From the IMG/VR virus record IMGVR_UViG_3300037419_001520, positions 1 through 36,348 of that record: 36,348 bases of DNA; one strand, written 5' to 3'. Of the stretch, positions 1 to 9,667 are shown piece after piece. Below the pieces are notes generated by a model. That model had not been told where the DNA came from. It searched no databases and saw only the letters and a list, made by a program, of their open reading frames with translations. Position 1 is the first letter of the stretch. Each line of letters starts with the position of its first letter. Source of the stretch: a virus (taxonomy: Duplodnaviria > Caudoviricetes). The translations under genes were made by a program, and so were the position numbers.

Positions 1-592
1 TCGCGAAGTCCGTATGGACCTCGGCGTAGTCGGCGTGGGCGTCGTGCAACGTGGCGTAGTCGCCGCCGACGACGGTCGACACGGTCCCGACGAGGCCGCC
101 CGGGGTCTGGGCGGCGACGGCGGCCGTCGTCGTGGGGAGGTCGGGGCAGTCGTCCGCGACGACGGTCACGGCGAAGCGGTAGGCCGAGCCAGTGCGTTCG
201 ATCAGGTGGGCACGCTTGGCGCCGGTGAGGGTGGCGCGGGCGGCGGCGAGGATGGCGGCGGGACGCCCACGGGAGAACCCCGAGGTCGAGCCGATCGCGA
301 AGCGCTTCTCATCGTCGGTCACGCCGACGAGGCCCTGGACGCCGACGAACTGTCCGACGTACGGCAGGAGGGACGCGAGCGGGCCGGTCAGGCGGTCGAG
401 CTGGAAGAGGACCCCGTAGCCCGGGGTGCCGTCCTCCTGATCGCGAGACAGGTCGGCGGGGAGGTCGAGCGCGGTCGCGAGCGAGGCGCAGAAGTGCGCC
501 AGCGCCCAGCCGTAGCGCTCGTCCTCCTGCGCCAGCGGCGCTAGCGCGTCGTACAGCCGCGCCCCCGTGAACGTCTGGGGCGGGGCGAGCAC
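1..592 (-). CDS. Baseplate wedge / P2 gpI-like tail protein, runs off the left edge
   Basis: Not in the ORF track. Manual translation from GTG at 592 (overlapping the TAG of baseplate J) gives MLAPPQTFTGARLYDALAPLAQEDERYGWALAHFC...LPYVGQFVGV...RGRPAAILAAARATLTG, open to the window edge; lies directly after baseplate J. Confidence 0.7.
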   Translation of the reverse strand, partial: MLAPPQTFTGARLYDALAPLAQEDERYGWALAHFCASLATALDLPADLSRDQEDGTPGYGVLFQLDRLTGPLASLLPYVGQFVGVQGLVGVTDDEKRFAIGSTSGFSRGRPAAILAAARATLTGAKRAHLIERTGSAYRFAVTVVADDCPDLPTTTAAVAAQTPGGLVGTVSTVVGGDYATLHDAHADYAEVHTDFA

Positions 593-1776
593 TAGGACAC
601 CGTCCCCGTGATCGTCCCCGCGACCGGCACCGGCACCTTGAAGGCCCCGGCGGTCGCGACGGCCGCCGCCATGTCGACGTCGGCGGAGGAGCCGTTGAGC
701 GTCAGGGCCGTGACCTCGTCGAGGCCGTCGACCGCGTTCAGGACGGCGCCGACCTCCAGGTACCGGACGTTCGTCTTATAGGTCCAGCCGCCGCGCTCGT
801 CGCCGATGGCCGTCTCGCCCCAGCTCGCCGGGTCGAGGTAGGCGGCCACAGCGGCGTCGGCCGCCGCCTCGACGGCCGTCGTGTCGTACCCGGGGAAGGC
901 CGTCGCGGTGTAGGCGACATTGATCGTGACGGGCGTCGGGTCCGCGACCTTGACGACGAAGTTCGTCTCGCGCATGGACTCCAGGAAGTCCTTCACGGCG
1001 GTACGGACGGCGGGGGTGACGGCGAGGCCGTCGGCGCCCTGGACGAAGACGGCCACCAGGCGCTCGACGCCGGTGCTGCCGGTGTCGGGGTCGGTGCCGT
1101 TGAACGCGAGTGCGCGATGGACGGCGGGGTTCCGGCGCGCGAGGATCGCGAAGTCGTCCGGCAGGATCGGGGTCGTGCTGAGGGTGCGCAGCTCGTCCGC
1201 GAGCCGGTTCATGTAGGTGTCGTCGTCCTCGGCGTCGGCGCCGTTGGCGGTGACCGCCTCTGCCGTGATCGTGTCGACGAAGTCGAGGCGCCCCTCGGGG
1301 CCGCCGTCGAGGATCGCGACGCCCGACAGGCCCGAGCCGATCGAGCCCGGGGTGATCGCGACGACAGAGACGCCGGTCACGGTGTCGGTGCCCGACGCGA
1401 TGACCGCGTCCTCCACGAGCTGGAAGGGCACCAGCTCGCCGCTTGCGTTCCACGCCAGGGTCGTACCGGCCGGAACGACGTAGGTGCGGCCCACCGTGGC
1501 GTCGATCGCCTTCACGGTGACCGTCGTCGTCGCGGCGGTCGCCTCGATCGGCGGGACACCGATCAGGGACCCGAAGTAGCGAAAGATCGCGCGCAGAACC
1601 CAGGTGACGGACTCGCCGATCTGGGCGGCGACCTCGCAGAACGCCTCGATCAGCCAGTAGTCGAGGTTCCCCTCGGCGGGCTCCCAGCCCGCGATGCGGG
1701 CCTTCAGGTCGCCGATGACCTGGGCCTTCAGGTCGTCCGCGTCGACCGGGATCGGCGGCGTGACGTACTCAGCCAT
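592..1776 (-). CDS. Baseplate J-like wedge protein
   Basis: 394 aa; GADAEDDDTYMNRL and DFAILAR motifs typical of baseplate J; follows the gp25-like gene. Confidence 0.9.
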   Translation of the reverse strand: MAEYVTPPIPVDADDLKAQVIGDLKARIAGWEPAEGNLDYWLIEAFCEVAAQIGESVTWVLRAIFRYFGSLIGVPPIEATAATTTVTVKAIDATVGRTYVVPAGTTLAWNASGELVPFQLVEDAVIASGTDTVTGVSVVAITPGSIGSGLSGVAILDGGPEGRLDFVDTITAEAVTANGADAEDDDTYMNRLADELRTLSTTPILPDDFAILARRNPAVHRALAFNGTDPDTGSTGVERLVAVFVQGADGLAVTPAVRTAVKDFLESMRETNFVVKVADPTPVTINVAYTATAFPGYDTTAVEAAADAAVAAYLDPASWGETAIGDERGGWTYKTNVRYLEVGAVLNAVDGLDEVTALTLNGSSADVDMAAAVATAGAFKVPVPVAGTITGTVS

Positions 1777-2098
1777 GCGTCGGGTCCTCCAGGGTGAGGG
1801 TGAGGCGCACCCGCTCGACGGCCTCGGCGAACCCCGAGGGGTCCTCGTCGGCGAGGATGCGGGCGCGCGGCTCCCAGGTCTGGACCTCGGCCACGAGGGC
1901 GTCGGGGTCCATCGGGAGCACGGAGAAGGTCGGGTCGGACACCCCGTACTCGGGGCGCTCGTCGCGGTCGCCGGGGGACGTCAGGAGCGCGGCGGAGACG
2001 CACGCGGCGACGTCGTCGAGCGAGTCCTGCTCGTTCACGGCCGGGGCGCCGCCGACGAGGCGGAAGGGGTACGCGAAGTGCGGGACCTCTACGGCCAC
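1769..2098 (-). CDS. Baseplate gp25/GPW-like protein
   Basis: 109 aa; HFAYPFR...LLTSPGDRDERPEYG...WEPR pattern of the GPW/gp25 family. Confidence 0.9.
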   Translation of the reverse strand: MAVEVPHFAYPFRLVGGAPAVNEQDSLDDVAACVSAALLTSPGDRDERPEYGVSDPTFSVLPMDPDALVAEVQTWEPRARILADEDPSGFAEAVERVRLTLTLEDPTHG

Positions 2099-2346
2099 AC
2101 GATCACCACCCAGGGGTCGCGGTTGTTATCGAAGACGACGAGGCACGAGTCGCCGCGAGTGGGCGCGGGGCCAGTCGTCGGGTACGGGCAGGGGCCGAAG
2201 CGGGCGGGGCCGAAGTCGGGGAGCGTGACCTCGACGCCGTTCGGCGCAGGGGCGCCCGCGACGACGCCCGCCCAGACCGAACCGGCCTGAGGGGCGCCGC
2301 CGTCTCCCGTCGCCCGCGAGAGGGCGAGGAGGGCGTCTATCGACAT
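2089..2346 (-). CDS. Short baseplate spike-like protein (gpV/gp5 OB-fold only)
   Basis: 85 aa; PTRGDSCLVVFDNNRDPWVV resembles the gpV OB-fold signature; lies between hub and gp25; AAAGGA RBS. Confidence 0.65.
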   Translation of the reverse strand: MSIDALLALSRATGDGGAPQAGSVWAGVVAGAPAPNGVEVTLPDFGPARFGPCPYPTTGPAPTRGDSCLVVFDNNRDPWVVIVWP

Positions 2347-2373
2347 GGGGTCCTTTCGGACGATGTTGTACGA

Positions 2374-4254
2374 CTAGGCGGGGCGGACGCCGACGTGGAC
2401 GTGGTCGTGGTGACCCGCGACCTTCCAGAGGACTTGCACGGAGTACGTCTTGTCGCCGTGCCGCCAGGTGTGGCGCTCGTAAGTGCCGGTGACGGCCTGG
2501 ACGCCGACGCCGAGCACTCGGGCGCACGCCTTCGCGAGGGCGTCGCCGCCCTTGCCGTCCACCTCGAAGCCGTTCTTCACGGAGCCGAGGTCCGCCGCGT
2601 TGCCGTCGGCGTGATCGGACCGGAGGCCCGAGGACGACATGATCGAATGGTTCGACCCGGTCGTGACGAAGATCGTCTTCGCGAGCTGCCCGGCGGCGAG
2701 CGCCAGGAAGTCGAGGACCCAGCGATGGGTCTTCACGCCGGGCCGGTCGGCCCCGGCGACGACGACGACCTTCCCACGCGCGCCGTCGGCGGCGTTCGTC
2801 GCGTCGCGGTCGACGACGTCGGACGCGGGCTCGGGCTTCGCCGGGATCGGCTTCCGGAGCGTGACCTCCAGGGCGCCGGTCGTGTCGAGGAGGGAGCGTC
2901 GCAGGGTCGAGACGAGCCAGCGGCCCGCCATCGGCCCGTGATCAGGCACGAGGGCGACCATGCCCGGCCAGGCCGTCCAGACGCCCGCGTGAGCGGTCGT
3001 CGTGATCTGCGACACGGGCCAACGGGCGTTCATGTCCAGGTCGCCGTCGAGGTAGCCGACGCCGTCCTCGTTCTCCCGGAGGACCAGCTCGTGCTTCTGG
3101 CGGAAGAGCCAGTCCTCGGAGACGACCCAGAGCGCGCGGGCGCCGTCGTGGCCCCGCATGAAGCGGCGCCACGCGACCTCGTCCACGAGCCGCCCGGAGG
3201 CGTCCCAGGTGTTCTCATCCTTCCCGCGAGCGAACTCGTAGGACTTGTGGTACTGGCCGAGGGACTGGCCCGCCGCGCCGCCGTACGCGCGGACGATCTT
3301 CTCGCCCTCGTCGTGCCACTTCTCGTACTCGCCGCGCAAGTCGGCGCGCGGCCCCTGGCAGGCGGCGGCAATGTCGCCAGCGCTCCAGTCCGGGTGCTGG
3401 CGGGCCAGGGTGATAGCCCCCCCGGCGCCGGTCGCGCCGTGGAGGAGGAAGTCGGCGAAGCACCACTCGGGGTCCCGGGCGTGCGCGCGGCCGACGTTGC
3501 CGACGCGGTATTGGAGCACCCCGGCGGAGTCGGCGTCGCCGCCCGACAGGTTGCGGGCCTGCGACTCGACGATGATCGCGAGGATGAGCGCGAGCGTCGC
3601 CTTCGGCCCCGCGTTGTGGGTCCGGGCGACGTCGAGCGCGCGCTCCAGGATGCGGACCTGAGTCGTGTTCGCATCGGCGCCCTTGACCGTGATCCCGGCG
3701 CCCTTCCCGATGCCGGGATGGCCGAGGTCGCGGCGCTGGGCGTCCGTGAGCTTGTCATTCGCCTTCGCGATCGGCGGGTGGCGGTAGACCTCGGGGGCAT
3801 AGACGGGGACGCCGCCGTTCGCCTGGACCTCGGAGACGAGGAGGGCGATGAACTCGGCGCGCGTGACCTTCGCGCGGGACGCCTTGCGGGCGCCCTTGTG
3901 CTGGCGGAGGTAGGCGACCTCGCGGTCCTCGAAGACGAGCGTGAGGGTGGTCGCCGCCTTGCTGACCTTCACGAGCCGGAACGGAATCCCGGCCACCGTG
4001 CAGTCGACGGCGCGGCCCTTGCGGACCCACGCCTCATCGTCGCCGAGGCCCGTCTCGCCCCACGCCCAGCGCTGGAGAGTGTCCGAGCGCCAGAGCGCAA
4101 GGTTCTCGTCCTCGACGGTTAGCGTCAGGGTCGAGGCGCCCTCGATGGTCAGCTCCAGGTCGGCGCCGGTGATCGCCGTCCCGACGTCCGCGTCCAGGCG
4201 CTTCGACCCGGGGACGTCCAGCTCGAAGTCGTCGATCGTGAAGAAGAACGACAC
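2374..4254 (-). CDS. Baseplate hub / tail protein with an inserted lysozyme-like domain and a C-terminal M15-like Zn peptidase
   Basis: 626 aa; gpD-like N-terminus (GASTLTLTVED); VES..NL..GDADSAGVLQ motif; C-terminal SDHADGNAAD and HHDHVHVG. Confidence 0.75.
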   Translation of the reverse strand: MSFFFTIDDFELDVPGSKRLDADVGTAITGADLELTIEGASTLTLTVEDENLALWRSDTLQRWAWGETGLGDDEAWVRKGRAVDCTVAGIPFRLVKVSKAATTLTLVFEDREVAYLRQHKGARKASRAKVTRAEFIALLVSEVQANGGVPVYAPEVYRHPPIAKANDKLTDAQRRDLGHPGIGKGAGITVKGADANTTQVRILERALDVARTHNAGPKATLALILAIIVESQARNLSGGDADSAGVLQYRVGNVGRAHARDPEWCFADFLLHGATGAGGAITLARQHPDWSAGDIAAACQGPRADLRGEYEKWHDEGEKIVRAYGGAAGQSLGQYHKSYEFARGKDENTWDASGRLVDEVAWRRFMRGHDGARALWVVSEDWLFRQKHELVLRENEDGVGYLDGDLDMNARWPVSQITTTAHAGVWTAWPGMVALVPDHGPMAGRWLVSTLRRSLLDTTGALEVTLRKPIPAKPEPASDVVDRDATNAADGARGKVVVVAGADRPGVKTHRWVLDFLALAAGQLAKTIFVTTGSNHSIMSSSGLRSDHADGNAADLGSVKNGFEVDGKGGDALAKACARVLGVGVQAVTGTYERHTWRHGDKTYSVQVLWKVAGHHDHVHVGVRPA

Positions 4255-4950
4255 CTAGCCCTTCCCCTTCTGCCAGTCCGACAGGACGCGGCCGGTCGGA
4301 ACCTTCACGGTCGAGCGCTTCAGCTTGACCTCGGGGGAGCGCGCCCCGTTTAGACGGGCCAGCCGCGAGCCGAGGGACTTCTTCTTCAGCTCGCGGGCGG
4401 CGATCTTCTCGAAGGTGTCGCCGGGCCGGACGCGCACGTAGCGGTAGCCCGGGTGCGAGCGGGTCGGGCCGACGCGCTTCGTGGTCAGGCCGTCCCGGTC
4501 GAGCCAGAGCGTCACGGTCACGAGCTGGCGGACGCGATGGCCGTCCTGCTTGCGGCGGATCGACTCGCCGTAGTCAGGGTCCGACGGGATGACCCATCGG
4601 GCATTCCCGCCCACGCGCTGATCCGGGAAGGGCGGCCAGCCGTCGACCTCGATCCTCGGCAGGTCGCCGAGGGCCGTCCCCGAGCCGCCTCCTGCAAGCT
4701 GCTCTAGCGTCAGGAGGTCGCGCTCGACGGAGCGGCCGTCGGCGTAGCCGTCGAAGATCAACGGCAGGGTGAGCGTCGCCGGGTTAGACGCGCCGCTTCG
4801 CTTCAGGAGCGGGCGCTGGCCGGGGACGACGACGACCTCGACGCCGCCGACGCCCGGGGTGTACCCGGGCATGTCGGCGAGCGTGGCGGCGAGCGTTAGG
4901 GGCGGCTCGTCGCACGAGAGGATGACCCCGTTCGTCGGGACGTCGGTCAC
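4255..4950 (-). CDS. LysM-containing tail tube initiator
   Basis: GTG at 4950 with GGAGGTGA RBS; C-terminal VRPGDTFEKIAAREL..RLARLN LysM motif; directly after the tape measure gene. Confidence 0.8.
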   Translation of the reverse strand: MTDVPTNGVILSCDEPPLTLAATLADMPGYTPGVGGVEVVVVPGQRPLLKRSGASNPATLTLPLIFDGYADGRSVERDLLTLEQLAGGGSGTALGDLPRIEVDGWPPFPDQRVGGNARWVIPSDPDYGESIRRKQDGHRVRQLVTVTLWLDRDGLTTKRVGPTRSHPGYRYVRVRPGDTFEKIAARELKKKSLGSRLARLNGARSPEVKLKRSTVKVPTGRVLSDWQKGKG

Positions 4951-4954
4951 GCGA

Positions 4955-6814
4955 TCACCTCCGGGCGTCGCGGTCAGCGACGGCTCGGCCCACGGCCTCG
5001 GCCACGGGGCGGCCGTCAATGTTGACGGTGGTCCGGACGACGAAGCCGCCGCCCGCCAGCGGCTCGACGGGGCCGAGCTTCGGGAGCGGGTCGACGCGAG
5101 CCCCGGCGGGGAGGCTCAACGCCTCGGGGCCGTCGTCGCCGACGATCACGCGGCCGGGCTGGCGGACGACGCCGCCGGTCCACAGCTTCGGGATCGGGTT
5201 GTCCGGGAGGTTGAGGTCCGGGAGCGGCCCGGGGATCGGGATGCGGTTCGGGATCGCGGCGTTCAGGAAGCCGATCGCCGCGTTAGCGACGCCCTTCCCG
5301 AGGTCCTTCGCGAACCCGAGGCCGTCGCCGAGCGCAGACCGGATGCCGCGCACGAGGGCGTCCCAGAGGCTCTTACCGGCCGAGACGAACTTCGCCCCGG
5401 CGGAACGGAGCAAGTCGAGCATGACCGCGAGCCCGTGGCGAAGGCCGGAGAGGGCCTTGCCCGGCGCCGTGGCGATGCGCTCCAGCGCGCCGCCGACCAT
5501 CCGACCCATGAGCCCCCCGGCCATGCCGACGAGGCGGATCGGGAGGGCGGCCAGCTTCGCGGCGGTGCCGACGAGGCGGAACACCCCGCCGAACTTGCCG
5601 AGCAACCCAATGCCCTTGAGAACGGGGCCGCCGAACAGGAAGCCGAGCACCGTACCGATGCCCTGGAAGAACCCGCGCAGCGGTCGGGCCTTCTCACCAA
5701 CCCAGCCGAGGGCGATCATCAGCCCCTTGAAGGCGGGGACGACGACCTTCAGGGCCATGATGACCGAGCCGATGACACCGATCGCGAAGCCCTTCAGGAG
5801 CGGCCCGAGGACGTTCTTCCAGAACGGGAGCGCGGGCCGAACGGCGTCCATGAACGACGCCCAGCCCTTCTTCACGAACCGGATCGCCTGGGGGACCTTC
5901 ACGCCGAGCCAGTGGAAAACGCCCGCGAGCGACCGCTGGATGCCCGGGAGGGCGGCGTTCAGGCCGGGGAGCCCCTTGTCGCGAAGCCACTCGAAGAGCG
6001 GCATCGTCAGCTTGCCGAGGCCCTGGGCGGCCATGTCGCGCAGCGTGGAGAGCTGACCGGTGAAGGTCTTCGACTGAGCCTTCGCCATGCCGCCAAACTG
6101 CTGCTGCATGGTCTTCCGGATGGCCTTCAGGGCGTCCTCGGAACCGACCTTGCCCTTCTCCATCTGCTTGCGCATGTCCTTGTAGGACATGCCGAGGTTC
6201 TTCGCGATGGACGTCGCCGAGATACCGAACGACGTGAGCTGATTGAGGTCCTGACCCTTCAGGGTCCCGGCGGCCTTGATCTGGCCGAGGGCGAGCGTCA
6301 CGGGCGCCAGCTCGGCGCCGGACTTCCCGAGCCCGGCGGCGGCGTCGGCGAGGTCGCCGAGCATCCCGCGCGCTTCCTTCGCGGAGTAGCCGAACGCGAG
6401 GAACTGCTGAGTGGTCGAGACGAGGTCCGAGAACTCGAACGGCGTCGTCGCCGCCAGCTTGTACAGGTCGTCGAGGTACGCGCGAGCCTTCTGGGTCGAC
6501 CCGAGGAAGTGGGTAAACCCGATGGTCGCCTGTTCCATCTTGGCGTTGAAGTTCAGGCCGATAGCGGCCCCGACGCCGGTGACGGCGGCCGCGAAGCCGC
6601 CTATGTAGAGAGCACTCGTGCGGGTTGCCTCCCCGAGCTTGCCCGCCGGTCCCGCGAAGCCCGCGAGCGACGCTCGAAGCCCGGCCAGCTTGCCGGTCGA
6701 GCGCTCGGCCGCGCTGCCGATGCCATCCACGGAGCGGGCGACGCCGTCGGCTTCGACCGAGGCGACCTTCCCGCCCTGGAGGCGTACGCGAATGTCGATC
6801 GCGTCCTGAGACAT
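4955..6814 (-). CDS. Tape measure protein
   Basis: 619 aa, Ala/Gly-rich; LAATTPFEFSDL..FLAFG..LGQIKAAG tape-measure motif; GAGGAGG RBS. Confidence 0.92.
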   Translation of the reverse strand: MSQDAIDIRVRLQGGKVASVEADGVARSVDGIGSAAERSTGKLAGLRASLAGFAGPAGKLGEATRTSALYIGGFAAAVTGVGAAIGLNFNAKMEQATIGFTHFLGSTQKARAYLDDLYKLAATTPFEFSDLVSTTQQFLAFGYSAKEARGMLGDLADAAAGLGKSGAELAPVTLALGQIKAAGTLKGQDLNQLTSFGISATSIAKNLGMSYKDMRKQMEKGKVGSEDALKAIRKTMQQQFGGMAKAQSKTFTGQLSTLRDMAAQGLGKLTMPLFEWLRDKGLPGLNAALPGIQRSLAGVFHWLGVKVPQAIRFVKKGWASFMDAVRPALPFWKNVLGPLLKGFAIGVIGSVIMALKVVVPAFKGLMIALGWVGEKARPLRGFFQGIGTVLGFLFGGPVLKGIGLLGKFGGVFRLVGTAAKLAALPIRLVGMAGGLMGRMVGGALERIATAPGKALSGLRHGLAVMLDLLRSAGAKFVSAGKSLWDALVRGIRSALGDGLGFAKDLGKGVANAAIGFLNAAIPNRIPIPGPLPDLNLPDNPIPKLWTGGVVRQPGRVIVGDDGPEALSLPAGARVDPLPKLGPVEPLAGGGFVVRTTVNIDGRPVAEAVGRAVADRDARR

Positions 6815-6827
6815 GACCGACCTCCTC

Positions 6828-7031
6828 TCAGTCGGAGAACAGCTCGCCGATCCGCTGAGCGATGCGGAAGGCGAGGTCGTCGTGGAGGTGCTGGCGGAAC
6901 GCGAGGGCGCGGCTCACGCGAGCCGACAGGAGGGCGAGCTGGACGGAGTCGCCGCTTTCGATAGCGGCGGCCCCGCCCACGCCCAGCACGTCGGCTCGCG
7001 CGGCCAGCTCAACCTCGGGGAGGCTCGTCAC
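6828..7031 (-). CDS. Tail assembly chaperone gpT part (-1 frameshift extension or coupled ORF)
   Basis: Frame beginning GGG GTG ACG AGC is open to the TGA at 6828; entered from a G7 run at 7031-7037. Confidence 0.7.
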   Translation of the reverse strand: MTSLPEVELAARADVLGVGGAAAIESGDSVQLALLSARVSRALAFRQHLHDDLAFRIAQRIGELFSD

Positions 7032-7546
7032 CCCCCCAGAAGGGAGGCGTCCTCCTTCGCGACCTCGGAGCGCATCCAGGCGCCCAGCTCGGCCGCCTGC
7101 TCGGTCACGGCCAAGGGCGGCGACACGGCCCCGGAGAACGCCGCGAGGACCGTCTCGGCGGCGTTCTTCGGCTTCCGCATGACGTACTCCTCGGGGTCCT
7201 CGACCTCCAGGGCCAGGACGTCGATCAGGTACTCGTCGAAGCGGACCTCGCCGTGGACCGTCTCGCCCTCGTCGCGCATCCGCTGGGCCAGCGAGACGGG
7301 CTTCTCGTCGCCGTCCTCCTGGATCAGGACGGCGTCGCACGCCTTCGCGAGGGCCTGGAGGTTCGCGTCGAGCGCGGCGCCCGCGTTCTCCTGCGGGATG
7401 AGGAGGTCGAGGAGGGCGTCCCACTCGACGGGGCGGTACCGCACGAAGACGCGCGGCCCGGCGTACCCCGGAAGGGGCAGGGTGTGGGTCTTCGGCTCCA
7501 GGTGCGTGATCCGCTGGGCCTGGAGCCGGTCGCGAAGGCTCGCCAC
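7028..7546 (-). CDS. Tail assembly chaperone (gpG-like)
   Basis: 172 aa acidic protein between tube and tape measure genes, ending CTG GGG GGG TGA. Confidence 0.8.
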   Translation of the reverse strand: MASLRDRLQAQRITHLEPKTHTLPLPGYAGPRVFVRYRPVEWDALLDLLIPQENAGAALDANLQALAKACDAVLIQEDGDEKPVSLAQRMRDEGETVHGEVRFDEYLIDVLALEVEDPEEYVMRKPKNAAETVLAAFSGAVSPPLAVTEQAAELGAWMRSEVAKEDASLLGG

Positions 7547-7965
7547 TAGGACGGCTTCCCGACGACGGTCAGCTCCAGCGTCAGGAGCGAGGCGCCCGAG
7601 CCGTTGGAGTCGGTCGAGGGGCGCCCGACCTTCTTCACGTTGATCCGGTAGACGATCGGGCGGCCGAAGGCGTTCCCGTCATCGTCGAGCGGCTGGACCG
7701 TGGCGACCCCACGGCCGTTCTTCTTCGACTTGCCGACGAGGCCCGTCAGCCAGTGGTAGACGCTGTGCGCGGCCTCGTCGTACAGCCGCTCCATCGTGAG
7801 GTTGCCCGTCTTCGCCGGGCCGCCCAGGTCGGTGAACTCATCGGTCCCGCCGAGCTTGTAGCTCGTCGTGTCGGCGTCGACCTCGCCGCCGTCCGTCTTG
7901 TCCCAGACGCCGAGGTTACGGCCGTCCAGGACGAGCCGCGCGTTCCAGTTGTCCTCGCGCTTCAT
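7546..7965 (-). CDS. Tail tube protein
   Basis: 139 aa; WDKTDGGE..YKLGG..LGG..GNLTMERLYD gp19-like pattern; directly after the sheath gene. Confidence 0.85.
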   Translation of the reverse strand: MKREDNWNARLVLDGRNLGVWDKTDGGEVDADTTSYKLGGTDEFTDLGGPAKTGNLTMERLYDEAAHSVYHWLTGLVGKSKKNGRGVATVQPLDDDGNAFGRPIVYRINVKKVGRPSTDSNGSGASLLTLELTVVGKPS

Positions 7966-8049
7966 GTTGTCCTCTCAGAAGGGGGTTCAGCGCCCCCGGC
8001 CCGGCCGTCTAAACGGGGGGTCCCGGGCCAGGGGCTCCAGCTCTGACGC

Positions 8050-9489
8050 CTAGACGGCGTCCGTGACGGCGACGTGGACGAGGTCCAGCTCGACGCGCTC
8101 GGCCATCGGCGAGCGGCGGTACGCGAGCACGGCGCGGATGCGCCCCTCGGCGGCCGTCCCGTCGTCGTTCACGGCCGGGCCGACGTCCACGGAGCGAGCC
8201 TCGTCGGCCGTCTTGCCGTAGATCGCCTTCAAGGCGTAGAACTTGTCGAGGAGGGCCGTCAGGCGACCGCCGTAGTGCGACACCTCGATCCCCTCGCCGT
8301 CGATGACCTCGAACTCCTCCTCCTCCTGGACGACCTCGGCCTCGGCCGCGATCTGCATGTCCAGGCGGACGTTCGCGAACTGCCAGTGGAGCTTGAAGGC
8401 CGCCGGGTTGGCGACGGTGCGGAAGCCGTACGTGCGCGGCTGGCCGCCGACGAGGCGCACGGCGTTGATGCCCGCGTCGTTCAGCGTCTCGCGGTCGGCC
8501 TTGCCGAACGCCTGGGTCACGCCGAGCACGTTGGCGATGCCGTTCTTCCCGGCGGCCGGGACGTTCGCGTGCCCGAAGGCGGCGTCGTTCCGCGCGAGGT
8601 GACCCGCGACGACCGCCGACCAGGGGACGTAGCGGTTCTGGACGTCACCCGAGACGATCGCCCAGCTCGCGAACATCGCGCCGTACTTCGACAGCGAGCC
8701 GTCGCCGTTCGAGCGGATCGCGAGCGCGGCGGCCGTCAGGGTCGCGACGTCGTCCGTGTCCGGGAGGTCCAGGAGCGCGCGCCGACGGTTGTCCCGGCCG
8801 TGGGTCAGGAGGCCGAGGTGCGCGGTCGGGGTGCTGGCGCCCGGGATCGCGACCTGACCGGGGCCGAGGTCGGGATCGAAGGCGGCGAGCGCGCCGACGC
8901 GGTCCGAGTCGGTGATGTGCGAGCGGTCGTCGTCGCCGCCCACGAGCGCGGCGGCCACGACGGGCTTCGGGTCGTTCGCCGTCAGGGGGTCGACCGTGAC
9001 GTAGCCGGTCAGGGCCGCCCAGACCATCGCGGCGGCGCCGTCGGCCAGGTCGCCCGACTCGGTCAGCACGACGCCCGAGGCGTCCTTCACGGTGAGGAAG
9101 AACGTCCCGGCGCCGCCACCGGCGGCGACGTCGACCGTCCAGCCGTTCGCGTGCGGGCCGGGGTCGGCCGCCGCGACGACCATGCAGTCGACGTTGCCCG
9201 CGTCCTTCAGGGTGACGCTCGCCGGGGCGGCGCCGGGGCCGACGACGCGCGACACGTACACCTTGGACAGGCCGTTCGCGAACGCCGTGTCCACGTAGGC
9301 GCACAGGACGGAGTAGGTGACGTCGGCGCCGTACTTGTTGCGGAACGCCGTCGGGCTCGTCACGAGCTGCGCGGAGCCGACGGGACCCTTTGCGGCGGGG
9401 GCGGCGACGTACAGGACGCCCGTCTCCGTGGACGGGGTGCGCGACGTCACGAGGTCGCGCTCGTTGAGGACCGGACCGGGCAGGGTCAC
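8050..9489 (-). CDS. Contractile tail sheath protein
   Basis: 479 aa; PGP N-terminus, YVSRVVG, PAAG, LNDAGINAVR..YGFRT, ANVRL, SPMAERV sheath motifs. Confidence 0.93.
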   Translation of the reverse strand: MTLPGPVLNERDLVTSRTPSTETGVLYVAAPAAKGPVGSAQLVTSPTAFRNKYGADVTYSVLCAYVDTAFANGLSKVYVSRVVGPGAAPASVTLKDAGNVDCMVVAAADPGPHANGWTVDVAAGGGAGTFFLTVKDASGVVLTESGDLADGAAAMVWAALTGYVTVDPLTANDPKPVVAAALVGGDDDRSHITDSDRVGALAAFDPDLGPGQVAIPGASTPTAHLGLLTHGRDNRRRALLDLPDTDDVATLTAAALAIRSNGDGSLSKYGAMFASWAIVSGDVQNRYVPWSAVVAGHLARNDAAFGHANVPAAGKNGIANVLGVTQAFGKADRETLNDAGINAVRLVGGQPRTYGFRTVANPAAFKLHWQFANVRLDMQIAAEAEVVQEEEEFEVIDGEGIEVSHYGGRLTALLDKFYALKAIYGKTADEARSVDVGPAVNDDGTAAEGRIRAVLAYRRSPMAERVELDLVHVAVTDAV

Positions 9490-9662
9490 GAGTCAGACTC
9501 CTTCGTGTCGGGGGAGGAGGGGGTCGGCTTCAGCCGCCCCTCGTCGATGAGGCGCGCGTTCGGGGCCTGCTGCTTGGCGGTCAGGTCGACGACGTCGCCG
9601 AAGGCGAGGGGTCGGCCGTCGGCCAGCTCGTCCGGCGCGCGGTAGGTGTAGGTGAAGCGCAC
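9486..9662 (-). CDS. Small pre-sheath protein (58 aa)
   Basis: Below the ORF-track cutoff; GTG at 9662 after AGGAG; MRFTYTYRAPDELADGRPLAFGDVVDL...LIDEGRL; GTGA overlap with the sheath start. Confidence 0.7.
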   Translation of the reverse strand: MRFTYTYRAPDELADGRPLAFGDVVDLTAKQQAPNARLIDEGRLKPTPSSPDTKESDS

Positions 9663-9667
9663 GGGGG

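Noticed and set aside
592-9489. Extracellular contractile injection system or tailocin
   Set aside because: Contiguous with capsid, portal and terminase genes, so it is a phage tail
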